Shown here piece by piece: positions 13,039-24,799 of a DNA stretch of 64,000 nt. Numbering within the stretch: the first letter of the stretch is position 1; the number at the start of each line of letters is the position of its first letter. The stretch lies in NCBI GenBank assembly GCA_964188305.1, contig OZ076889.1, one strand, 5' to 3'. The notes beneath the pieces are model-generated. The model saw nothing but the letters and a program-made list of their open reading frames with translations, was not told the origin of the DNA and did not search any database. The position numbers were made by a program, and so were the translations under genes. Origin of the DNA: Podarcis bocagei (lineage: Eukaryota).

Positions 13039-15719
13039 TATATGCAGACCTATTTGTCATCCACCAGATTATTTCCTTGATCAGGCATAGAGCTCATTAG
13101 TTGATCACTCTCTTTTAACTTAGTTGCAGTGATTCTTCTCTGTCAGTGGAGAGCGCCAGCCATTGCAGAAGTTATGAATACGCTTCTTTTCATGCAGTAG
13201 AGATCTCTTGGTTCCTTGCGTGCCAGCATTATTGCTGTCCAGCTTGACCAGGTAGTCTGTGTATGCAGTTTGGGAGGGGGGCAAAAAGTTGTTGAAGGAA
13301 TTGGGGAAGGCATTTTTTTTTGTTTGATTCCATTATAATTATTTACCCCTTTGACAATCACTAGCCCAAAGTTTCAATTCCCTTTGACGCAAATGGCGTC
13401 AAAAAGTCAGCACATGAATTGGTATCCCTAATGTAAGATAGGGATGGGGGACCTGTAGACCTCCAGATGTTATTGGACACAAACTCCCATCAGCCCCATA
13501 CAGCATGGGCAGTAGTCAGGGATGATGGGAGCTGTAAGGAGGGCCACAGGTTCTCTAATTTTGCCCTAATAAATGCAATCCGATCAGAGTAAATATGCAG
13601 AAGATCAGGCTGCATTTCCTACAGGTTTTAGTGTGAAAGTTGAGCATGTGCTTATGTCTCCCACTGAAATTGATGGGATTTGGAAGTGCACGATTGGAGC
13701 TGTCCTTGACTCCAAGCAAATGTGCAGAGCTGGAACTTGCCATTTGAAGGAGTTCTGGTTTTCAAAGTCCTTAGCTGCAGAGTCCTGCTTAGCTACAAAA
13801 AAATTACAACACTCCACCAACCTGTCCACATTGCTTACTTAACTCTTGTTTTATAGCTTTTAAACTAGGATAAAACTGCATTGACTGCAGTGAAGCCAAG
13901 ATTTTGAGCACAAAGGGTTCCTTTTCCTTGCTTTGCAGTTCCTCCCTTTACAAAGCTTACAAGGCAAAAGCTTACTTTGTAGCTTCTTTCATCTCTTTCT
14001 TGGTTTCCAAGAGCTCTTAAGACAAACACTTAGAAGCAATGTATGCATTTTCTGTACATTGTTTGTTTGCTTTTTTAAAAAAGTCACACCGCCTAGATTT
14101 CTTCTGAATGTGCATGCCAGCAATATTTGTTTTGTTTAAAATGTTTGATTTGGCTAACAATAATTTAACTTTGCCATGGCCTTAAGGTTTGTAATGGTTA
14201 TGTCTTGATGCATGCTGAACTTCATCCCTGCCCAATGCAATCTTACTTTTCTGAAGTCCCATTTTGTTTCCAGTGAACCTATAGTCTGACGACGAGCTGC
14301 ACATCTCATCATTCCTTACCGCTGGCTATGCTAAAACTGGGATTTGTCTGAGAACAGATCAGTAGGCTTCTGCTGTGTGTGTTTGTGTATCATACTAAAG
14401 TAGGAAAAGAATCTTTTTCAAAACAGCAGTTGTACAAAAAAAATCCATTGTACACTTATGTGGATCTAATCTACCAAGCCTATGGTAGCTTACTTCTAAG
14501 TAGATCTACAAAAGATTGCGAATCTAAGGTACTACTCATGGTGAAAATTGAAACGGGGGGTTTTATTTGTTTAGTTTATGCCAAACACTTTGATCTTTGG
14601 CACCACCCGCCATTGGCTCAGACTCTGCCCACTGCCAGTATATAGGCCCTGGGAGATTTCTCCCAAGGAAATGTGGCCCTTGGCAGGGAAGAAAGAAGAA
14701 GGTTGCTCATCCCTGCTGCATAGGTACACATCCTGCCACTCAGCTCAAGGGCTGGGTGGCAAACAATTTGAGTAAAAAAGCAAATCCAGGAGGCAGGGAG
14801 GCCCTGGTACTAGCTGATCCACACAGTGGCTGTCAACCACTGTGGATTTCACCAGCCAGAGTGTCCATGGAGATACAGAGATGGTAAAAGTTCTAGCAAC
14901 GAGAACTCGCGTACAGAGATTTGTGGCAGCAATGCATTTTCAACAAATAGCCATTTCTGCCAAAGAAGAGCCAAGTAAAATTGCGGGAGAAAAGGAATCT
15001 GTTGGGAAAGGGAATTGCTCCAATAAATCTTTGTATCGCTTTAGGAATTTTTGTTTCTACTGATGGAGAAATTATGTGTAGATCAAAAGGTTGCACCATT
15101 CTGAGTTGCTTCAAATTTAAACATGTCATGTCATATCTTCTGTCATTTCGGACCAGGCTAGCAACTGCTGTATAAGTGACTCAAATATTATATATGAATA
15201 CAGTGAATGCAGGTATGGCGTATGTAAACGACAAAGCTGCAGAAACACAGGCTAGGGTACTGGATGCAGAATTTAATTTCTTGAGAATCTCAGCATTGAT
15301 TCTTCTACAAAGTAAGCAAGAAGAATCTAAGCTCTTTTGACTGTGAAGATACATCTGAAATGATGGGCAATGCTGCTGAAATCTCAGAGGTGGCTAACCA
15401 AAATATCTAAAGACTAACAGTGGGGCACCAGTGACCTCCATAGCTTTTTCACCCCATGATTAGGAAAACCAGACTAACAAGACAATCTTAATCATGCCTA
15501 CTTTGAAGTAAATCCTATTGAATTCAGTGGGTCTCACTCCCCAGTAAATGGGATTAGGAGTGCGGTCTAAATTCTGCAAAATCAGCATTTGTGCAAGTTT
15601 GCCTGATTTATGCTGGATAAAGCATTTTAAATTTCAGAGCACGGAGTTCTGGGTAGAGGCAGAGGTCGGGCTTCACCAGCATCTTGGTTTGAGAAATGCT
15701 GCTTAAACGTTTGAAGAAC

Positions 15720-15915
15720 GTGTGGCTTCAAAAGAGGATTAGACAAATTCATGAAGAATAAGGCTATCAATGGAGAAGTTCTACCTCCAGTTTCGGAGAC
15801 AGTACACACCCAGGGAACCACAGGAGGGATGCGTGCTGTTGTAGCTTCCCATAGGCATCTGGTTGGACCACTGACTAAATGGGCCACTGCTCTGACACAG
15901 CAGGTGCCTCTTAGG
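15720..15915 (+). mobile_element. CR1 LINE 3' fragment
   Basis: GGCTTCAAAAGAGGATTAGACAAATTCATG (FKRGLDKFM), typical of the CR1 ORF2 end, followed by 3' UTR-like sequence. Confidence 0.65.
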
Positions 15916-17142
15916 TTCCAAATGAACACCGTTTCTGGGGGCTGGTCAGTAGCATTTGACTGTCTCCTACCTAGCAATGAATTTCCTCCCCCCCACACAC
16001 ACACACACATATATTAAAGGCTTTAGCTAATATTCTGTCCAACTCATTTCTTCAAGGGTTTCCATCTTATAGTCTCCATCTGTGCCATAGAATTGGTTGC
16101 CCCTCTAGAGCATAGGAAACACTCCTGGTGACACTTGTGGCAGCTCTGGGTTTATAGCCATGAAATAGGTAGAGGCAATGCTTCTCCAAGTAGACTGCTC
16201 AGCAGTCTAAACTACATGAGCCATTGAGGAAATCTTTGGGGATGACAGTTAAGTTTTTACATACATACTTGAAGCCATAATGTAGCTATGAATCTGCTCC
16301 CTTTGTTCTGTATTGTATTTAAGAAGCTGCTTATTATTTTCCGTGCATCACACCCAGCTTTAACAGCCCCCTTGCCCTCAGGGATTCAAAGGGAATGAAG
16401 CTAATAATCCAGAGGTACCCAGGATATCAGTGCATCCAGCAGAATTGCTTTTCATTATCTTGCCTCCTTACCTGCAAGGCGATCGCTCGAAAAGTGAATC
16501 ACTGCTGGACGTGTGAATCGCTGGAGGAAGAAGAAAGAACGTCTTCCGGGGAAATAAATACAAACAGGGAAAGGGGCTGTCCTCTTCAAATCACATTGCT
16601 TAATGGCAATGTGGTGTGCATGGCAAGGAGTTTGGATAATTCCAGCTCTAAATGCAGATCCTGAATTGAGTGTTTATTGGAGGAAAAGAGTCTACAGCTC
16701 TCCTGCTGTACACACAGACTGCTTTGGGATTTGGAAAGATGCCCCTCTGTTTAATACAAGACAGACATCTAGCAGGGATTGTTGTTCTGGTCTCAAAAGG
16801 CCAAGAAAGACCTTCTATTGGATCTGGGTATATAAGGTTTCTTGCGTGTATCACATCATGCACCAAGCAAAAAACAATTGTGCCTTTCTACCTCCATCAA
16901 GATCTGACCCCTCCATGGGGGCATGGTGGTGCTACTACCTTTGGAGATACAGCGAAGGTGCGTCTTATAACACTCCCCAAATGAGCACTCCAGCATTCGT
17001 TGCGTGGGGTATTCATGGGGAATGCACTGGGTTGTTTTCCTGGAAAGCTATGCCTTCTATGTACTTCTGAATTGTGAAGTGCCTGGCACACTACTGGCAC
17101 TAAGTAAATGTTAAATGGTAGTTTCTGTAATATATATGTCAA

Positions 17143-17148
17143 AATAAA
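17143..17148 (+). terminator. Candidate distal polyadenylation signal (BAK1)
   Basis: AATAAA after an AT-rich stretch, with a GT/T-rich downstream element at about 17230-17260. Confidence 0.45.
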
Positions 17149-18406
17149 AGTTATATGCAAATACAGATGGTTTTAAGTTTATGTTATTTAAGTGTATGAA
17201 CATGAGCTCGAAATACAAGGTGTTTCCTTAATGTGTTTCTGTTTTTGTTTGTTGCTGTGGAGAGCTGTTTAGGAAGTGGCTTTGTTTTGATATTTTACGT
17301 TTTTTTAAAAGTGGATTTATGCTTCCAAAGCTGTGCCATCCCACTTACCGCATGAAGTTGTACAGTTTATAGAAGCCATCTTGGTTTTCCCTATAGCTTA
17401 CAGCTTATGGTTTGTCTGGGAGAGGGTTTGGACAACATTCTAAGTCAAGTATGTCTTCGCTCCGTGTGGCACAGCAGCAAAAGGAGTGCAATCTCTTTTC
17501 CGAGACCCTGCCGTTCACACCAGGTTATGGCTTGGCTTATGCAATGGAAGTGGATTCTGCACTCTGCACAGCTCCTCACTCCCCCCTCCAAAATCAGGCT
17601 CCTTAGAGTATATAAAGTGACAGGAAAGTGCACTGGAATAAGTAAGATAACAATTGTTTGATGTGATATAATATGACCTCTCTGCAAACAAATCAGGATG
17701 AATGCAAAATAAATAGACTGTCAGGAAACAGCCTGGGTATTAAGAACATTACCTGCAGTGTAGGATGAAAGACGGAGGCACGGAGATTCATCTCACCTCC
17801 TGCATTTCCTACGCTGGCAATCTAATAAACACAGACAATAAAAGGAAAGTGGAAGCTAAAAGCAATTAATGAAGACTGGAAAAGGCAACCGTCTTAAATA
17901 GCCATAAAAGCAGCATTGCCTACTTGCTGACAAAATCCCAGGCAAAAAAGGTAGGTTTAGGTTACGATTAATTCTAAGCACATTTGCCTAGGAGTAAGCT
18001 TCATTGAAATTAATAGGACATACTTCTGAGTAGATATGCATAGGATTGCATTTGTAGGAGTTTTGACTGGAAGCTGCCATGGCCATCCTTGTGAACAGTC
18101 AACCCAAATGTGATAAAAACACAAGGGCTGGTCAATTTCAAACTAATATTTGTATGTTTTTGTTGCACACTGGACCAAAAGGTCCTGGCAAGACACTATT
18201 GTTCTGCCTTACCCAACTATTTTTGTGTGCGTGTGGAATCTGCTGCCATTCCAAGGTAGGTAAGTTATTGACACAAATTATATCCCACCTTCCAGTAAAA
18301 TATCCAAAGTGGCTTATAGTCTGGATAAAAATACACAAGCTATAATAAAAACAAGCACAACAATATCAAATAACATCACCGAAATCGGTCACCTGATAAA
18401 AGTCAC

Positions 18407-18520
18407 CTGATTTTCATGCCACAGATGCCAAGTCTGGATGCCAGCTTGTGCCAGTCATTCCCACTAATGCTCTTTGCCTCTAACAGCAGCTGCAGCTGCT
18501 CAAAGAGCTCATGGAGGATT
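18407..18520 (-). pseudogene. UNC5CL: UNC5CL death-domain exon segment, open in frame
   Basis: 114 nt without a stop, ttccag acceptor-like site and CAG|gtgact donor. An in-frame TGA lies about 10 codons upstream of the acceptor-like site. Confidence 0.9.
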
Positions 18521-18964
18521 CTGGAACCCCCCAAAAATGCATCTCCATGTCATTCCAGACATCAACTAGCCATCCAACTGGATGTAAAGACCTTCGTTGC
18601 CTCTCCCTCTGGAGTTGTAGGCATCTGTTGTTCTGCACCCTTGACACTTTTTCCTGCCTGCTCCATCCTCACCAGTAGTTTCCACTTGATTTCACCGCTA
18701 ATCTTCCACAGGAAATCATTTCCCCAAATGCATACGTTTTGACCATTTTCAATCAGGCAATGGAGAAAATTTAGGCATACTCTTTAATGTAAGGATGGGG
18801 AATGTGTGGCCCTCCAGATATTGAGATTCAGCTTACATCAACCCCAGCCAACATGATCAATGGTCAATGGTGATGGAGTATTGTAATCCAGAAATATGGA
18901 GGGGGGCACAAATTCACCACCCTTGCTATAAAATGAAAGGGAAGTAGAGCTTTGTGGAAGGGCC

Positions 18965-19132
18965 ACCACTCTGGGTTGAGCATCCGCTTTGCATGCAGAT
19001 TCAATCCCCAGCATTTCTAAGGACGGCTAAGAGAGAATTAGTCTGAAACGCTGGATTGCCAGTTAGTGTAGACAACATTGAGCTAGATGCAAACATTGAG
19101 TTTGACTCAGTATAAGGCAAATTTCTATGTTC
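18965..19132 (+). mobile_element. Degenerate squamate SINE (Squam3-like)
   Basis: GAGCATCCGCTTTGCATGCAGA...TTCAATCCCCAGCAT...GTGTAGACAAC...CTCAGTATAAGGCA...CTATGTTCC. Related reverse copies near 32360-32530 and 36940-37100. Confidence 0.55.
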
Positions 19133-19237
19133 CAACATGACTTAAGAACTAGGCCCCGAGTTTAAAATTCCCAAATAAGTTTTCCATTTATGCATTTATA
19201 GAATTGTCATTACTGTTAATGCTCCTTATCTTAATAT

Positions 19238-19576
19238 AAGGTAAAGGGTAAAGGGCCCCTGGACAGTTAAGTCCCGTCAAAGGCGACTATAGGGTGTGGT
19301 GTTCATCTCGCTTTCAGGCTGAGGGAGCCAGCATTTGTCCACAGACAGCTTTCCGGCTCATGGCCAGCATGACTGAACCGCTTCTGGTGCAACGGAACAC
19401 CATATCAGAAACCAGAGCTCACAGAAACGCCATTTACCACTTGCACTAGTGTCCTTTGAACTGCTAGGTTGGCAGAAGCTGGGACAGAGCAATGGACAAT
19501 CACCCTGTTGCAGGATTTGAACCGCTGACCTTCTGATCAGCAAGCCCAAGAGGCTCAGTGGTTTAGACCGCAGCGC
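19238..19576 (-). mobile_element. Sauria SINE (older copy) inside the UNC5CL remnant
   Basis: AAGGTAAAGG tail, and body similar to the copies at 1681 and 10349. Confidence 0.85.
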
Positions 19577-20645
19577 AATACTGTATTTTAATATACCACC
19601 TGCCTTATCCGGAATGGCTGAGGATAGCTAGATGGCGTGGTCATATCTCACTGACCATATAAAGCAGGTTGTCGCTTTTCCGATTCTATGAAGGAAGAAC
19701 TGAGGCTGAATGAAAGAGGTCCAAACACGGCAGTCCAGGGCAGAGCTGGAATCTGAACAGAGAGACATATAGGAGCATGTGAAACTGACTGCTGGCCTAC
19801 TGGTTTCTGTAGGCCCACTAGGTCTCACATCATGTTGCTTCTGAGGGGTCAAAGGTAACAAAATGCATCCAAACAGAAAATTGTACATTCATTTAACCCC
19901 ATATCTAGTCATCGTGGTTACCAGGTGCTGGCCAAACAGTCCTGGCACTGTTACCTCCCTTATTCTGATGCATTTGTTGTTTTAGCTGGCTTTGCCTTGA
20001 ATCACCTGTGCCCCCCCCCATTCTGCTCCAGAGGGTCGCCCAGCCCTGTGGAGCAGGTTTTGTGCAGTTTTGGTGGGGTGAGGAAGTGCTGCTGCATGCG
20101 CAGGAGTCTGCTCACATCACATTGGATATTGCCCTTGACTATCTCTCCCTTCTAAGTGTTCCTGGCACCCTGGTATGCCAATGAGATGCAACTGCAGCCA
20201 AGCAGTGCCAGAGGAACAGCTGTCACTCGTGTCCCGGCCTTTTCATCGCATGAAAGCCCTTTCATTCTGTCTACAGACTTTATTTTATTTATTTATTCCC
20301 CTCCTTTCAAAACAATTCCAGTACAGAAGCAGACTAGGAAAGAGCTCAACTTATAAGGCTTGTTAAAAGAGGAACGTCTTTCGCAGGTGCTGGCAAGGGA
20401 GCAGAGATGGTACCTGTCTAACATTCAAGGGAAGGGAATGCCAAAGGGTAGATGCTACAACACCAAAGGCCTGATTCCTACACTGGGTGGAATGGACCTC
20501 CTGATAAGGTGGAGTCTGCAAGAGGCTCTCACAAGCATCCCAGAAAAATGGGACAATAATGGTTATTTCAACAATTCTAACGCTGTGGATACCAAGGATG
20601 CCTGCATCACTTGAGAAACCAGGTTAATCCACAGAGAAACAAGAG

Positions 20646-20695
20646 TGCACTGGTAACCCCCAGGTCCAACTTGCACTGGTAACCCCCAGGTCCAA
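20646..20695. repeat. Tandem duplication of a 24-nt unit
   Basis: TGCACTGGTAACCCCCAGGTCCAA occurs twice, separated by 2 nt. Confidence 0.9.
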
Positions 20696-23600
20696 TTCTA
20701 CTGAGTGTGCATTACATTGGCAGGTGGGGAGCAATGTGCTACTGTAACTTAAGCGGGATCATAGTCTATTCTTAACCTTCCTGTCTCATAGCAGGTTCAG
20801 CAGAGACCCATAAAAAGATACACACCAAGAATGCTACCAGCTGCACTTGCTCCTGCAGGATTCTCTCTCCCTCTTTGTTTAGTAGAAGGTTAAACATAAC
20901 AAAAGATAAATGGCCCTCATAAAAAGGGCAGCTGCTGTCTAACAATCCCCCTCCCACAAAAAGAGAGAGCCTTATAATGGTAGTTAACCAAACTTCTCAA
21001 TTGTAGTTATTAACTCCACAACAGCCAAGGTTAAGACCTAATTAAATTTTCACCGAAGGTAGCATTGGAGTGAAGGAATGTACTGTAAGTCCTGAAGCAG
21101 ACTTCACTGCTGCCTAATAGCTCCATAATGGGCCTAACACCAAATTAACCTAAGCCTCCTTCACCTAATCCCACAGGACATTTTTTTTAAAGCAGCTGTC
21201 CTGGGGGAGAAAGAGGCCCAAGGGGAAGGCATGTACCGTAATTGACTCTCATAGCCATGAGATATTTTGTAATGTTCTATTGGCTGCTTTGAGATTTTAA
21301 AAAAATAGAAATTGGTACCGAAATGACCAATACATTCATAACCAAAACAAAAATAAAACAGGATGGGGGCAGCCAGTGAGCTCAGGACAGAAAAAATGTG
21401 CCTCAGACTTTTCTAATCCTATATGCCCCAGTGTCTCTGCATCAATGTGTCTGAGGGTATTTCTACACAGTGGCAGCCTCTGGTCTTAGTGTATATATGT
21501 TTTTGCCCTAAGATGACATAGTAACTAAGGGAGACCCTGCTTCCCCATCCAAAGTAGTCACATCCTGGGAAGCGGAATTACCTGCCTCAACCAGCCTGTT
21601 TCCTGGTCTCAGCACCCCTATGTCATCTTTTTGTTTCCCCTTCCTCATCTGCCCCAGCCTGCCCACCCCACTCTTCAGCATAGTGACGCTTTGGGACTCA
21701 TGACACCTGCACTGGAGGAATTGGGAAGGTGTGGTCCTCCCAATGTTGTTGCACTCCTTCTTCCATTGTCCCTGACCACTGTCGATGCTGGCTTGAAGGG
21801 AGATGGAGTTCAACAATGTCTGGAGGGCCACAGGGTCTCCATCCTTGTTGTATATTCAAGGAAGGGGACACAGTGCTCTGGGTGCATGTGATTTTGCACA
21901 AGTAAGTTTACTGCTGTTTTTAATACATGCCCAGCATCATACTTAAATCAGCTCTAAGCAGTTACCCCTGAGATACGGATATATTTTATGACAGGCTGAA
22001 AGTCCAACTCCTGCTGTGCTTGCTACATGACCCATGGCACAAGGAGATCATTTTGTTCTGGAGGTCTTTGAAACCTTTGTCTTGCAAAGCCAAACTCAGA
22101 TCCTGGAAATGTGTGCCCCACACTTTAGAATTGGAGATCAGCACAACTTGTACTATTGTAGATGCAGCTTGTTCCCTTTGGGTCTGGTCCAGTTTGCATA
22201 ATGAGAATCAGATTTCTCTAATGTCCTGGGGACCAGGTTGCCATTATATATCCAAATAACACCAATGATGCACATATGTAGCAAACACTTATCTGACAAC
22301 CGAGAAGGGAGCTAACAAAAGGGAGTGCATCCTTCCTTCATCACAACATTCTCCTATGGCCTTAGTAAATAAACTGGGTTTCTCATTAACTTCACAGTTT
22401 GCTCTTTCCAGTTTGCATTTAATACAGTAGCAACTGCTTCCCTAGATACCCAGGTGCACACTGTCTTAACAGTCAGGCAGAAAGAAGCATTAAGATTACA
22501 GCCCTACAGTGTGATTTCCATTACCAAAGCAATTCTACTATGAAAGTGTCTGCTGTGGACACTGCAATCTTGGCTCTGGAGTAAATTTGCGCGACTGGAG
22601 CATTGGGATCTGGTTGAGTCTGGTCTAGCCAAGCAGATAACTTCAGGTGGGTTCACAGAAGAATGTGCAAATACCAGGTCTCCCTGTTATTATTATTATT
22701 ATTTTCATATTCATATTCATTATTATTATTTTCATATTTCATACTTGGGAGAACCATCTATACCAAACAATGGATCACATGTGCTCCTTCGTACGACATG
22801 AGAATAGCCATAACAAGTGCAGATTCCCACCAACACACTTGGGACACTGCACCTTGCAAGGAGAATCAGGACTGAACCAGCAATGTTGTCCTAAATTCCT
22901 TCTGTGTTGGTTCTATATGCCTTTTCTTTTCCCCCTCCCTGATCTCTTAGAGTAAATACATTCAATAAAAACACATGTAATTAATGTCTGGGTCAATAGC
23001 TGGTCTAAGAAGTACTTGGGGCTCCAGATTTCTCCTAGGCCAACACCGCAGACAAATTTTGGATGTAGCAGAACTGTTATTTGTCATCCAATCTTCACAT
23101 CAGTTCTTCCTTGCTTATTGTCAAACAAGGAAGAATATTAAGTACTCCGTTGCAAAGATCTCAAGAGCCTTTGCTCTTCTGTCTCAAGAAGTTGAAAACA
23201 CAAGTGAGCTATTCCCAAAGGCCCTATGAAGAAAATTGCTTTGGGATAAATAGTCCATAGTCAGTGACTATCTATGCTGAAGAACATAAAGTATCTCTGC
23301 TCCCTGTGTTGTTGAAGCAAATGCTCATTCACATCTAATTCCAGCTTCCCATACCTAAAACACTCAGCAGAACGGCTCACTATCTCTTACAGCAGGTGGC
23401 AATAATGACAGCAAGAAGATAAGACTAAAGGAGGAGGCTTGCTGAAGGTGTCCTGCCCAAAGCTGATCTCACAGACTGTAGTAATACTTCTTAGTTATAG
23501 TTTGCTTGCTCAAGCTCTTTGCTGCAACAGGCATTGTACTGACATCCAGATGCCCATTCTTGGATTAATGCATTTCATTTGCTACTTTGAAGGGACAGCT

Positions 23601-24799
23601 GCATGCAGAAAGTTAACGGCACTTACAGAAAGCTCTGCACAATCACACCAGCTCACATCTGCTCCTTAGCACAAATGTCTCCCACCAAATAATTTTCTTT
23701 AGCACCATTTGAGTGCAATAAAACATAACACTAATTATGTGCAACAGCAATAATATTAAATTCCATCTGGACACATCAGCCTTGTTTCAAGGCATAAAAA
23801 ATTAGATAACTATCTATAGCCAAAGCGAATGAGTCTTTAATGCTCTCTGTGTTGCAGGCAAGCCGCTAATGGAAATGGATGTCTAGCTTTTATTTGCATT
23901 TAGCATGCATCTGTAATGTTGCTGTTATTTATTCAAGTGGCTTATGCTAACTTTGGCAGAGAGGTGCTCCCAAGTGCATATGGCTAATGAAGGTTGCACA
24001 GCAAAGAGCATCAGTAATTAAACAGCAAACACAACAGCTCAGATGCTTCTGCACCAAGGGTTTCAATACTCAAAAGGCCTGTTTCAAATGCATGGGAAGG
24101 GAACTGGGGAAGACCAGAGCATTCAAAGAGATTTGTAGACATCATCTTGGCTGGTAAGCTTTGCAATACGAATTTGGCCCTTTGAGGACCACCGGATGCC
24201 CAGCAGCTAACCCAGAGGGATGAGAGATGAGTGGAGGGAGTTGACAGTGGTACAAGGTTAGGCTAGCAGCTCTCTTTGGTGTACAGCAGGAGGGTGGGGA
24301 ACCCGAGGGTCGCATTTCCTCCAGTGAAACCTTCCACACGCCATTGGTGGGAAGGGCCAGAGGCAAATGTGAGCAGAGCAACAATGTAAATGTTACTGTT
24401 GTACAGGACGCTAGGTTCTATCCTCCATCTAGATGAGCAATAAGCATTATCAGAGTTCAAGGACATATTCCAGCCAGTCAAAAACCGGGGGTGCAAAGAA
24501 GGGCTGGTAAGGAGTGTGGTGCAGAAGATGGCCTGGGGACAGGTTATAATGGGGCCTGAGGTTCACTATTCCTGGTGTGCAGCCTGGGAGCTGACTCACC
24601 ACCTCATCCTCTTCTTAAGAATCTCCTTCACCAAGGTTTTACAACAACCCTGGAAGGTAGGACACTACTATCACCACCATATTCTGGGTGAGGACTGAGC
24701 AATGGCCTGCCCAAGGCCCTTCGACGAGTTGATTGTGGCAGATGGGATTTTTTTTAAAGGAGAAGCTTCCTGGTTCAGCTCTGAATCTCTTCTAGGAAC

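Larger units (their letters stand above)
17800..22852 (-). pseudogene. UNC5CL: Decayed UNC5CL (UNC5C-like, ZU5/UPA/death domain) locus
   Basis: Death-domain block at 18407-18520 reads [37 protein letters not shown](R)|gt (recalled human: [38 protein letters not shown]). Collinear frameshifted remnants start at 22852 (GAV...), 21200 (...PVG...), 20870 (GRENPAGAS/QLVAFL) and about 17940. Syntenic head-to-head position with TSPO2. Confidence 0.8.

Noticed and set aside
21508-21600. TTLDGEAGSPL resembling UNC5CL TTLLDAKVWRPL
   Set aside because: A short match that conflicts with a better-placed remnant near 22.5-22.6 kb. Likely chance.
23000-23225. TRIM coiled-coil-like reading on the minus strand (FQLLETEEQRLLRSLQ...)
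   Set aside because: Multiple stops and no RING, B-box or SPRY remnants nearby. It could equally be a decayed UNC5CL 5' exon or chance.
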